Source: Octopus bimaculoides | Taxonomy: Eukaryota | Length of the DNA stretch: 64,000 bases | Assembly (NCBI RefSeq): GCF_001194135.2 | Contig: NC_068983.1 | Location: forward strand, 159,820,677-159,884,676 | Direction: 5' to 3' | Part shown: piece after piece, positions 38,686-51,092 of the stretch | How the letters are laid out: each line of letters begins with the position of its first letter | How positions within the stretch are numbered: the first letter of the stretch is position 1 | The notes under the pieces: generated by a model | Told to the model about the DNA's origin: nothing | Seen by the model: the letters and a program-made list of their open reading frames with translations, nothing else | The model's database searches: none | Position numbers and translations under genes: made by a program

Positions 38686-38720
<35 letters not shown>

Positions 38721-38837
38721 GTTGAACTTTCCACTATTTGCTTCACTAAAAAGCCGATTAGCTTTGATTACGATAATATATTGTCAAGTGGGGGAGTGGT
38801 AGACACAAACATACATACATACATACATGCATGCATG

Positions 38838-38869
<32 letters not shown>

Positions 38870-39102
38870 CGCTTATACGTAAATACATACATATATTCGT
38901 ACATATGTACACACACACACACACACTCACGCAGATACACACACAGACTTATATTTCATCATGTTCAACGTTGATTCCAACACATTTTTCTGCCTCCGTT
39001 CTTTTCCTCTCAATCCTTTCTGTCGAAGAGTATAGGCTCGAATCTAACACAACTGCTTGTTGTTCCCTTATCTGTCTTCGTCATTTGTTTTCTGTAAATT
39101 TC

Positions 39103-39139
<37 letters not shown>

Positions 39140-39425
39140 NNNNNNNNNNNNNNNNNNNNNNNNNNNNNNNNNNNNNNNNNNNNNNNNNNNNNNNNNNNNN
39201 NNNNNNNNNNNNNNNNNNNNNNNNNNNNNNNNNNNNNNNNNNNNNNNNNNNNNNNNNNNNNNNNNNNNNNNNNNNNNNNNNNNNNNNNNNNNNNNNNNNN
39301 NNNNNNNNNNNNNNNNNNNNNNNNNNNNNNNNNNNNNNNNNNNNNNNNNNNNNNNNNNNNNNNNNNNNNNNNNNNNNNNNNNNNNNNNNNNNNNNNNNNN
39401 NNNNNNNNNNNGTACGATTTCTTGC

Positions 39426-39496
<71 letters not shown>

Positions 39497-39499
39497 TTT

Positions 39500-39532
<33 letters not shown>
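39426..39532. repeat. (TTA)n(TTG)n microsatellite
   Basis: Directly visible; abuts the 5' end of the Tx1-like LINE. Confidence 0.95.
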
Positions 39533-42500
39533 ATAGGGGATTTCACCTCTGTCTTAGATGGACGTCTCGAATGCATGTGAGTATCTGATAGATGAGGGTG
39601 TAAAAGCCTCAAAAACCTGCTTACACGTTTTCAATTGTCTGACAGGTACCGACTAGATTATCCGAATGTGCCAATGTGAACTTAGACAAACCGCATCGGG
39701 TCATCTAGATCGTATTTAGATGAGGTATTTTGTAGGAGAGTGGACAAGGATAGCATAGGGTGTCCACAATTTCACATGGTCGGCTACACAGACCACAAAT
39801 TTGTGATCTGTACAGTCGACTTCGATAGGCTTCATAGACAGGGTCCCGGTTACTGGAAGCTGAACACGTCCTTACCGGCATGTCAAGCTTACAGAGACCG
39901 GATTAGCGAATTAGTTAAGCAGGCGTTGACGGGGACAATCGTCAACAACAACTGGTGGTTTGTTCTCAAAAGAACAATTAGAATATAATGCATTAGGTTT
40001 TGCAAGGCATTAGCGGTAGAGAGAAATGGAATAGAGGGAGATTTAGTTAGAAAGTTAGATGAGGTGCTTAGGACAGTCATGGCAACTGACATATTGGCGG
40101 CGAGATTCGCTCTGAACCAATGTTTCGACGCCAGACATGAAGGCTGCGTTGTCAGAGCTAAGGCGGCGAGGGAACGAAAGCGTCACGATGGACCCACGTG
40201 GTAGAGGCGAAAGTGGCAATAAAGCCACCATTCGGTCTTTGGTGGACCAGAGCGGAAGCGTGGTGTTTTAACCGAAACATGTGTACGGCTTTTCAGCGAC
40301 ACTTAGCTCGACTGTTCAGGAAAAAATACGACTTTTCAGCGGCAGTTTGTTCGACTGTTTAGGACGAATGGTTGTAAGGATAACAGGGCAGACTTCGGTG
40401 TCTACCTGGACGGACGGCCTGCCACAACTCTCGGTGAGCGAGGCGGAGTGCTGCAAAAGTCCTATAACAGCTGCGGAGATACAGGAAGCGATGAAAAGTT
40501 GCATGAGAGATAGATAGCCTGGTTTGGATGGTCTGACCTACGAGCTTTATACTTCAATGCCAAACTTGTTTGCAGGCCTCTTAGCAAATGACTACCGCAA
40601 CTGGCAGCAGAATGAGAGAATTTCCACTTTTGTCTGTCGAGGAGCGGTAGCACTGTTGAGAAAGGATCCAAACAAGGGGGACGTTATAGAGAATTTTAGG
40701 CCCATAACTCTGCTCAATGCAGAGTTGATGATTTTGAACACGGTATCAGCCACAATAACCTCTATCTCATGCGTTACATCATAGAGAGTGTGGGTAACGA
40801 GGCTGGCATGAGTGGGGATCTGATCAATTTAGATCAGTCTAAAGCCTTTGATAAGGTCGACCATTGATACTTGGCAGCTGTCCTCAAGGCAGCCGGTTTC
40901 ATCCGGTTTCATCCGGTTTCATCCGGTTTCATCCAGTTTTCCGCGGTTGGATCGCTGGTTTGTACAGCGGCATCTGCTCGGTTGTTCAGGTAAATGGTCA
41001 CCTGTTGGAGCCATTCAGCATATTGCATTCCGTCCGTCAAGGGTGCTCTCTTTCCTCCCTTCTGTATGTACTGACTCTTGAGCCATTACTGCGGAAGTTG
41101 GAGACTTTGTTGGGTGTCCTGCGTANNNNNNNNNNACTGCGGAAGTTGGAGACTTTGTTGGGTGTCCTGCGTAATCTAGGATGTGGGAGAAGTGTGTCTG
41201 CTTACGCTGATGATGTCACCGTCATAGAATCGAACCAAAGGCATATAGAATTGATTGGTGAAACACTACAGGAATATGAAGCGGTGACAGGAGCAAAAAT
41301 TAACGCGAGAAAGTGAGTCGGCTTGCAACTCGGCAACTGGAGAGGCAAGTCCATGCCGTCAAACAGCGTCGTGGGGCACTGGACAGACGGTTCCGTTAAG
41401 TTGCTCGGAGTTTGGTTTTGTCCGAACTTCTAGGTGGAGAAGAACTAGGACGAGGTAACAAGCAGAGTAACCAGTCTCACCCAGAAATGTGCCGAGAGGA
41501 AGCTGAGCTGGAAAGGTCGAGAGGAGGTGGCAAATGCGTAGATCACATTCGTCATCTACTACCACTTGACTGTTATCCCTTGCCCTGTTTGCTAGTTGAC
41601 CAAGCTAGTGCGCTTACACTTCCGCTTTCTGTGGAAGGGGTGCGTTCTACTGGTCAGGTGCTCCATCAGCAGTCAACAGCTGCTGAATGGAGGGCTGCAC
41701 ATGCCGAAGTTACTGATGCGCAGACATGCACTGAGGTTGAGGCATCTCCCGCGATTCCTTGACGGTGACCAGGTGTGATCACCGTTTGTAAGAGTCAATT
41801 TTCCACAGCTTGTCTCTTCGATAGAGCTGCAATTCTGGATTAGGCTTAGACCGAGGAAGGACGCTTGGCGCTTCAAGTGCCGTCAAGCCCTCACCAGGAG
41901 GGCAATGCGGTCGGTGTTTGTTCCACTCTAGCGTTCTATAGTGGGCTAGTGGAGGGATAGTGCGACGACGTTCTCAGGGAAAGTCTGGGTGTCGATGAAG
42001 ATTAACTAACCGGTGTGTTTCGGAGAACTTTCGGGCCTGGGGCTATGAATATCTTCCAGAAATCCCTTGCCTGGCAGTGCTACCGTGGAGCGCTGCCTGT
42101 CCGGGATAGACTTTACAGGTACGGAAGTGCTGTCAGCCGGACCTCTCCGAGGTGCGCCCGGAACGATGAAACCGTTCTGCACGCCCTAGTCCATTGCCCG
42201 AGTATTGGTCACCTGTGGGTTTATGTTGAATACATGCTGTCGCGTGTGGGACGATCCGGCTATCAGCTGAATCCATTGTGAAGATTGTTCTGCCACCCTC
42301 TTTTGGCCGGGAGGGGAAGGCAATTTTTATTTGTCTAGTGGCTGTAGCGAAAGAAGTAGTATGGTGGACTCGTTTGAAAGGGCTAAAGACAGACACTTTC
42401 CACTTTGGCCAAGTCCTCATCAACCTCTTCACATTTCCTTTGAGAAGAAACTTGAGGGTGGAGAGGGAAGTGTTGCCTTGTAGTAAGTTTGTTGAAAGGT

Positions 42501-42786
42501 GGGTAAATGTTGGAGGAATGACCAGTGTGAAAGGACCAATTCTGAGCGTGTACCTGTAAAAGAAAGGAGAAGGGCTCTTGCCCTGTTGTTCAGGCACCCA
42601 TGGCTATTGTGGGTTTTTTCACGAGGACTTTAAAGCGCCTCTCCTATTGAGAGTTTTAATTTGTTCAATTTTTATTATTACATTGTGTACTCGCGAAAAC
42701 CCATTACATCGTCCTGTTTTTGTCTTTTATGTTGTATGTCATTTAATGTTTGGCATGTGAGCCCTAGTGACTAAAATAAAGAATAA

Positions 42787-42787
<1 letters not shown>
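39533..42787 (+). mobile_element. L1/Tx1-clade non-LTR retrotransposon, 5'-truncated, ORF2 pseudogene
   Basis: APE remnants IGDF.SVLD (39533), TDHKFV and GPGYWKLNTSL. RT: DGLTYELY, FRPITLLNAE, DQSKAFDKVDH, VRQGCSLS, SAYADDVT. C-terminal ALPVRDRL..RCARNDETVLHALVHCPS. 3' UTR ends aataaagaataaa then (TTA)n. Numerous stops and frameshifts. Confidence 0.92.
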
Positions 42788-42853
<66 letters not shown>

Positions 42854-42960
42854 GGCTGCGAGCTGGCAAAATAAGGTCAAGCAACTGACAAAAAAATCTG
42901 CGGTATTGAGCAAAATATTTGATGTAGCCCATCCTTATTATTATTATTATTATTATTATT
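42788..42960. repeat. (TTA)n tracts with an intervening approximately 80-bp insert starting with a SINE-head stub
   Basis: (TTA)n 42788-42852, then ggctgcgagctggcaaaa (cf. family B head ggcgagctggcagaa), then (TTA)n 42935-42962. Confidence 0.8.
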
Positions 42961-42962
42961 AT

Positions 42963-45900
42963 TTTATGTTTGACTTNNNNNNNNNNTTGTTGTTATTATT
43001 AACATATGTTTGACTTGCTTTGTATTTATAGAAGTCGACTCCAAGTCTCATCCAGAGACCTCAAGAGACAACAGCTTAGACGTTCAAGTTGGTATTATGT
43101 CTAGAGTATCATGTATTTGGTTTTACACATAGTATTGTTCTATGGAATGTTTAAGAAAACAAGAGAATTATAAGTTTATTTTAAAATTTGAGATTACATA
43201 GACAGTATTTTACGTAGGATATAGGCAGTTCCCATGAGCACTATCTTTTGAATTTATGCCATTTTCGGGTTTCCTGGTATACGAGCTAGGTAGGAATCAG
43301 CCCCGTTTGCTATCATTTCTATGTCATCTGTGAGAACAGGTATTGTTTTTGTCTTGAGGTTCCATATTTTGCCAATTTCTATTTCAAGATCTTTATAATT
43401 GGTCAGGCTTTGGTACGTCTTGACAGATAAATTTATATAGTCATATAAACGAGGAGATATGATTTTTATCTGTAGTCTTTCAATATAATGTCTGGCCTCT
43501 TCGCATCTATCTTTCTGTCAGTTTGAATGGTGAAGATCCAGAGGAGTGCGATGTGATCATTTTCAAGCACTGGAGGTGGTTTGTGTTCCCACCACTTTTT
43601 ATTGTGGGGCAGGTCCGGATTTTTGCAAATTACCCAATGAATATATTGTGCTGCTCTATGATGCCTGTTGAGATACTCTGTAGGCGCATGAACTCTGCAC
43701 ATGGAGACAGCATGACCAATGGTTTCATTTTGTTGTTTACATACACAACATGTGGAGCTACTGCCTTTCTTTAATATGTTGGTCCGGTAGTACCTTGTAG
43801 GTAGGCATTGATCTTGGGTTCCTATGCTAAGCCCTTCTGTTTCTGATTTTAAGCCAGAAGCCATTAACCGCTGATGGGTAAGGTCTTTGTCAACATCGGC
43901 ACTATTAACTCTTTTTGGGTATTTGCCATTGAGAGGTGTTTCTTGCCATTTATCACAAACAATATCTAAGGCAGCAATTTTACCCGGGTTTTTATACGCT
44001 TAGCTATTTTTGGGCTTGTTTCTAGTACGTTTAATTTTGGAATTTGTTGTATTTGGAATTGACTTAGATATTCTTTTGCCTGTTTTGCTTCTGCGAATGA
44101 TGCTTCCTTGTTTTCATGTTTTGAAACAAGTTTTAAAATCTAGTCATAAGAGTTTTTCAGGTAGGGGTCTAGGAAAATTGTGGCAATCTTCATTGTTAAT
44201 TCCAGTTGCAAAAGTCCACAGCCACCCTATTTTCTTGGCAGTAAAATCATTCTATAGCTGCCTTAGGGTGGTGCATTCTATACATTGTCAACCACTTTCG
44301 TATTTTTTTCTGTCACGACTGCATATTTCAATAATTGAGCAGTTAATGATATTGAAACTGTAAGCCACGATCAGTATGGCTAAAGTATTGATCTCTTCGG
44401 TCCTGTTTCTTGCATTCAGCTCTGTCTTGAGTATTGCACTTACCCTGCGATAACATTCTCTTCTGATGCTTTCCCTCATCACTGAATGTTTGATTCCATT
44501 ACCTTCAAATATCCCTAGGTATTTGTAGCTCTGCGCTGGTTCTAATTCCTTTATGACACTCTGCTGGTCAAGATTAACATTGGATGTTTCTGTCAGTTTT
44601 CATTTGATAAAGTTAGTTTTTGCACATTTATCAAGGCCAAATTGCATCCTGATGCCATGGCTAAATTGTTTAACAATTGCTAGTAAGCCCTGTAAATTGT
44701 TTGTCATTATTTGCAAAGAGCTCTAAATCATCCATGCAAATTAGATGATTTATATTTTTATCAAACATTTTATAACCGTACTGTTCATCATTGAGCAATT
44801 TAGAGAGAGAGGTATTAAGGCTAGACAAAAGAGAAGTGGTGATAGAGAGTCACCCTGGAAAATGCCACATGAAATTCTTGTATTTCCATCATTAAGGGTA
44901 TTCATTGTCACTGTTCAAAATCAGTGTGGTTCTCCATGATCTCATACATACAGACGAAAAGTTTCGCAGAGTAGGTGCTATTTTATACATTTACACGCAT
45001 TTATTAATCCATCTATGTGGTAGACTATCAAAAGCCTTTTTATTATCTATCCAGTCTATTAACAAGTTTTTGTGTCGTTTGTGACAATCTTCTAAGATCA
45101 TCGTATTGATGAGTAGCTGATCTTTACAACCATAAGACCCACGTTTACATCCTTTTTGCTCATTAGGGAATATGCCACTTTTTATTGAAAAACGATATGT
45201 ATATACAGTCAAGTCAGATGTTAGTATTTAATACATTGTTGTTAAGCAAGTTATGAGTTTATAATTATTTGGTTCATTTGTTTCTTCATATTTTGGAAGT
45301 AGGAATGTTAAACCATAAACAAGCCAAGAGGGAATCATACTAGGTTGCTGGAAAACGTTGTAAAGTTTTGTTAGCAGTTCATAGCTCTCTGGGAAGGCAT
45401 TCAACCAGAATTTTATCCTTTTCTGGAGACTTCCATTTGCTTCACCTTCTGAGTGCAGATCTTACATACTCTACCATGATACCCTCCTACTTTTGCTCTT
45501 CTAATGAGTCTACGTCTGTGGATATTCTACCAACCCAAGGGGCCTTTTCATTGTGTGTTTTTACTTCTGCCCAAGTTTTATTCCTCAATTCCTGCACTTT
45601 TTCTTTTGATGGGACAGACTTTACTGTAACTGATATCTTCTTGTAAAAAAAGTTGGGTTATTTTTGAACATGTTGTTGTCCTTGAGGTATCTAACTCGCT
45701 TTTCATACCTTGCTATGCAGGAAGCTTTAGCACATACCATTTGCTTGATGGTTTCTATGGTGGTACCAATGCCAAATATGGTTTTCATATTCTATTTCTT
45801 CTTTAATTTTCGGGATTTTGTAGGNNNNNNNNNNNNNNNNNNNNNNNNNNNNNNNNNNNNNNNNNNNNNNNNNNNNNNNNNNNNNNNNNNNNNNNNNNNN

Positions 45901-47487
45901 NNNNNNNNNNNNNNNNNNNNNNNNNNNNNNNNNNNNNNNNNNNNNNNNNNNNNNNNNNNNNNNNNNNNNNNNNNNNNNNNNNNNNNNNNNNNNNNNNNNN
46001 NNNNNNNNNNNNNNNNNNNNNNNNNNNNNNNNNNNNNNNNNNNNNNNNNNNNNNNNNNNNNNNNNNNNNNNNNNNNNNNNNNNNNNNNNNNNNNNNNNNN
46101 NNNNNNNNNNNNNNNNNNNCGGATTTTACCAATTATTTTCAGGTTTTAGTTAGAATTGCGAATCTCTGGGAGAGTGTCGTGTTCATTCATACAGATTTCT
46201 TTAATTTTTATCCATTCAATCATGTTTTATATTTTAGATTATCTAGTTCTGTTGGGTCAATCTCTATATGATTTTCATCTGCTTTGATGTTTATGGTTGG
46301 TTCAGAGAGTATTTTACTTCGCCTATCAGTTACATTAACTCTTTCAATCATTATTGCATTTTCATCAGCCCTGAACTGGTCTATAATTATTTCGTCTGTA
46401 GTATCTTCTTTAGCTCCAGCTTCGTTCCTTTTATCCCATACTGATTGTTTAATTCGGTCAATCTCTACTTCAGTTAGTAATTTCTTTGACATAATGTTTC
46501 TTCTGGCGTTGGCCAGTTTGTTACTGCCTCAGTAGGGTCTTACTTCAAGGTGCTTCTGTCTCCCGTTTAAGTAGGTTTGTTCAGTATTAGATTTATTCGT
46601 GGGGAAATATATGGCATGGTAGAGAGCCGTTAGAACTTCTTTATTATCTCCCCTGTACCATTTTCTTCCATCTCCTATGTTTCGGGAAGATTTGAACCAG
46701 TAGGTGATTTTTCGTTATCGAATCTGGTTCATCGTTCGTGTACGTGGCTCTTGGTGTTTCTGTCGACGACCGATTCGGTTTGTATTTTGTTTTGTTATCA
46801 TTGAGGCATGTCGAGCTTGGACGTTGGCATTAGCGGACGGATCTATCTGTTTAGGATTAATATTTTGAGACAACACCGCCTCCGAGTTCTCTGCATGTAA
46901 ACATTCCTCGTAACATAGCTTCTTATGGCTAACAGATCTGTTTTCGTCTGTATTTTTTGGTTGATAGATTTATTTCCGGGCTTAGTTTTTTTGTGGTGCT
47001 TCTAAACTTATGAATTGTTCACTCTGTAAGTTCGAAAAAAAAAATAGTTTCTCTTTGTCTTCGCTTCGTTTGTGACACGTGTTTTCATATGCCTGAATGT
47101 GTTTCCTGTAAATTTCACGTAGTTGAGTAAACATTGAGATGTATGCGTAGTCTTACGGGTATGTATCAAAATGGATATATGATTGTGTAGACATTCGTGT
47201 GTATGCGTAATTACTCAATTTATGCACTTACTGTTTTGTTCCATTTATATTTTATAATTTGTAAACTTTCCAGTGTTGATTTCGCGTGTGTTTCGTACAT
47301 GTTTCACTGAGACATCGTGCATAGGAAAAACTGTGCTTTGTATGAGAGTGATTATTTTCGTAACAAAGCCGCCTCCTTCAAGTCTTCCACAGGTTCCTTT
47401 ACCCCATTCCATCGATGATATTAGATTAGTTTTGTTTTTGAATGGAAAGCCCGGTGTAGCACATCTATGTTATTAGTCAGCGCGGGG
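42963..47487 (-). mobile_element. R4/Dong-like RLE-type non-LTR retrotransposon, near full length, degraded
   Basis: Minus strand: LANARRNIMSKKLLTEVEI (N-terminus), [97 protein letters not shown] (CCHC), KRPDI (RLE), QKIVLMGTAYILRKILSM* (stop 43194-43196), 3' UTR then (TAA)n. Homology is solid at 43194-46620; the 5' boundary at 47487 is inferred from the adjacent (GAA)n. Confidence 0.9.
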
Positions 47488-47783
47488 TTCTTTCTTCTTC
47501 TTCTTCTTCTTCTTCTTCTTCTTCTTCTTCTTCTTCTTCTTCTTCTTCTTCTTCTTCTTCTTCTTCTTCTTCTTCTTCTTCTTCTTCTTCTTCNNNNNNN
47601 NNNNNNNNNNNNNNNNNNNNNNNNNNNNNNNNNNNNNNNNNNNNNNNNNNNNNNNNNNNNNNNNNNNNNNNNNNNNNNNNNNNNNNNNNNNNNNNNNNNN
47701 NNNNNNNNNNNNNNNNNNNNNTTATTATTATTATTATTATTAATATTATTATTATTATTATTATTATTATTATCATCATCATC
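47488..47783. repeat. (TTC)n - gap - (TTA)n(TCA)n microsatellite
   Basis: Directly visible on both sides of the N-gap 47594-47721. Confidence 0.95.
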
Positions 47784-47990
47784 AAGGTGGCGAGCTGGCA
47801 GAACGGGACTAAGTACTTAGCGGCATTTCTTCTTTCCCTTTACGTTCTAAGTTCAAATTCCGCCGATGTCAACTTCGCCTTTGATCATTCCTATGTCAAT
47901 AAGTACTTCCATGTGCACTGGGATCGTTTGCACCGATTCCCACTCCACGCCTGCAATTTGAGACTTTGTGCCTGTAGTAGAAAGAATCAT
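47784..47990 (+). mobile_element. SINE family B
   Basis: aaggtggcgagctggcagaa..cttagcggcattt..tacgttctaagttcaaattccgccgatgtcaacttcgcctt. Confidence 0.75.
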
Positions 47991-48004
47991 TTATTACTTT
48001 TGTT

Positions 48005-48150
48005 AAGGTAGCGATCCGGTAGAACCGTTAGAGTGTTGGATAAAATCTTTAACAGAATTTCATCTGACTCATTGCGTTCTGCGTTCAAATTCCACCGATA
48101 TCAACTTTGACTTTCATCCTTTCACAGTCGATAGAATAAACACCAGTCAT
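48005..48150 (+). mobile_element. SINE family B, second tandem copy
   Basis: aaggtagcgatccggtagaaccgttag..cgttctgcgttcaaattccaccgatatcaactttgactttcatcc..gtcgata. Confidence 0.7.
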
Positions 48151-50849
48151 TTAAAATTGCTGGTTTTGCTCCAAAATTTAATATCAATATGATTATTTTA
48201 TTACTTGCTAATGTATGGTTTGGAGTTTTCTTCTCTTGGCATGTAGTTGATGTATCTCTGATAAATTATATACTCTGCTGTGCTGGTGTAGTTCGTGTTT
48301 TTCTGCGTGGTTAAGATGAAAGGTAACGGATTTCAAATGTTTTTAAGACAACTGATTTGGTTTCAAGTTTGATTTGAAACTGTGTTGCATATTTGGTACA
48401 CGAGAGACTGTCTACGGACTCTAAAGTGTCAATTATATCTGATCTAAATCATTCTTAAACAAATCCGTTACGGAGCAAGTACATGAAATGTATATAAGCT
48501 ATCAGTGAGAGCTATATGTCAGTCTTTTTACACCTCTCGGAATATATAAGGATCACAAATGATAATTTTTCTCCTTTACTACAAATAAATATATTAAAAA
48601 ATCTCATAAACTGCTATTGAATATTTAATGTCCCTCGGCTATTTCAGTTTATTGGTATTCTATAACATTTTCACCCGCCATATTTCTCTTCTGAATAATT
48701 ATTGTACATTATCATGCCTGAAATGATATCAGTTCAGCAACTTTAGATGTGATGTGATTGTTGTCTCTTAACAACTCTAGCGAACAAATTTTAGTGCTCT
48801 TTAGAAATGTGTCAGCGTCACAATCTCATTTCCTTGTGTGTAATAGTTAGAAATTAATTTTTCTGATCTAACGTTTCCGGCTGTACGAAGTTTGAAAGCT
48901 ATTTCATATAACTGCTATAACTACTAACTTCTGTTTTATCCAGCTTTTTATAGTTTATTGTCGCTGTTTGTTTCTTGTTGTTTTTCATTTATTTGTTAAT
49001 TTTGCCACCAACTCCGGAAGTTGTATAGATCACCAACAAGAATTTCGCTCTTTTGCAACAAATAACTTTTATCTTCTTTTTAAAACACGAGATTAAATAT
49101 ACTTGTAACATAACAAAAGAAATCTTGTATTTTAGGTTGAAGGTTAAGCTAATTCTACACTTCGTATCCGTTGTTAGAAAAGCAAAACAAAACATTTAAC
49201 TCTTTACTAATATTGACAATAAATAAATTGACATGTATTTATTCGAAGTTTCTATAAAAATAACCTAATCTCTACGATTTATAAATATATTTATTTCTTT
49301 TAATTTACATTTATTTGTTGTTTACAGTGTAAAGCTCTTAGTTTGATATATTTTTATAAAGTTTTGCATTCCGATTCGATTTAATTCCATCGATTTGAGA
49401 CTTGCATTTTATTTGGATAAATTTTGAAATTACCTGAGAAAATTTATTATTTGTCAGAAGAGAAAGAATAAGAAAGTCAAATAAAAGCTTAGAGAAAGAC
49501 AGCGATATTAGCAAAGAGTGCTAATAATGATACACAACTAGAAAAGCGGAAAGAATTTGAATACTTGCTATAAAGGAGAGTGCTCAATAAAAGTATATGC
49601 CAAGAAGAGAAAGTTAAGAAAAAGTTTGAAAGCAGAAAATTGTTTGTACATATGAAACGTCTTTGCAATATATTAAGAGTATAAAATGTGAAGTGAAGGT
49701 TATGGAGGTAAGCTCTAAATGCGAAGGCTCCATGTCTCTTTCTTCTTTCTGGATATAGGTAATCCCTTTCCACATATAAATGTATTACACGACAACAGAT
49801 ACCTTGTAGGCATAGGTTCATTTGTTGCCTTTCACAAAATTAATTTTAAACGAAATTAACTTTAAATACGAAATAGAAGTGCTGAATAGTGATATATATA
49901 AATCTGAAATTCAAATATGCTTGGGGCTTATTCGAAAACATAACAAAGTAATTCACTGTATTTTGTCATGGAGAAAAGTTTTCGTTCTAGATTAATAGTT
50001 GTAAACACACGAAGGCATTTCGAAGTACCATCTAACCATACTGATGTATGCATGCATTTTGGAGTAGTTATCTCCTTTTCAAAGTTCAGAGGTTTCACAC
50101 GAGCCAATTTAAGTTTTAAACACAAAACCATTCAGAACTTTATCATCGATTAAAGACAGAAAATATTGACATTTTTTACCAAAGCATGCTACCGATTTCA
50201 ATCGTTTCAAAAGACGATTTAGCCATGCTGAAAGAGAAAGGAAAATAAATTCAAATAAATATAATTAAATTAATCTTTCATCATATCATTTCAAGAATTT
50301 TACATATTTTCTTATAAAATTGGCATGGTGCTGGTAATTGATTTCCTTCTGATGGCTTGCTGGGCTGTCGTCGTCGTAGTGTATATCGTATTTTATATAT
50401 ATATATATATATATCAGAATGCGTCCTATCTATGACATTTAACTATATCTGCATCAGGAGGCCAGAGGTTCTGAGGAGTGTGGGAACATTTCTTATCCAC
50501 TGTTGTTCCTAGGCCTGCTCTGATCCATAGTAGTAGCACCTGTTAGGGGCCCACATTACGAGTTACGTAGCCTATTTGAGGACAGTCGGGGTGAGCTTGA
50601 TCATCATTCCAGCTACTAAAAGTCATATGACAAAGACAACTGTCGACGTGTGCAGACCTAACCAGTTTGAAGCGCACAGTTAATTACAGCTTTCGTCTGC
50701 CATCTCTTCTACAAGCCATGCAAATCCACAGTGGGACTGAATAGTCATCCGAGAGGTCATTGACAAACAACCGTTTATGGACAGCGAATTAACACAAGAC
50801 GACGACAGTTATCTGTGAAGATGGAGTAGTGACCAAATAATATGCACAC

Positions 50850-50950
50850 ATATGTGTGTATGTATGTGTAATTGGATATATGTATATGTATATATGTATA
50901 TATATGTATATATATGTATATATATATATATATGTATGTATATATTTATA

Positions 50951-51001
<51 letters not shown>

Positions 51002-51025
51002 NNNNNNNNNNNNNNNNNNNNNNNN

Positions 51026-51081
<56 letters not shown>

Positions 51082-51092
51082 TGTGTGTGTGT
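50850..51092. repeat. (TA/TATG)n - gap - (TG)n microsatellite
   Basis: Directly visible. Confidence 0.95.

Noticed and set aside
40893-40940. 10-bp tandem (ccggtttcat)x4 within the Tx1 RT as a possible frame switch
   Set aside because: The element has many other stops and frameshifts, so this is simple slippage in a dead copy.
41088-41173. Exact 38-bp duplication around a 10-N gap inside the Tx1 RT
   Set aside because: Identical copies on either side of a tiny gap indicate unmerged contig overlap. The tatgtttgactt repeat around 42977-42986 is probably similar.
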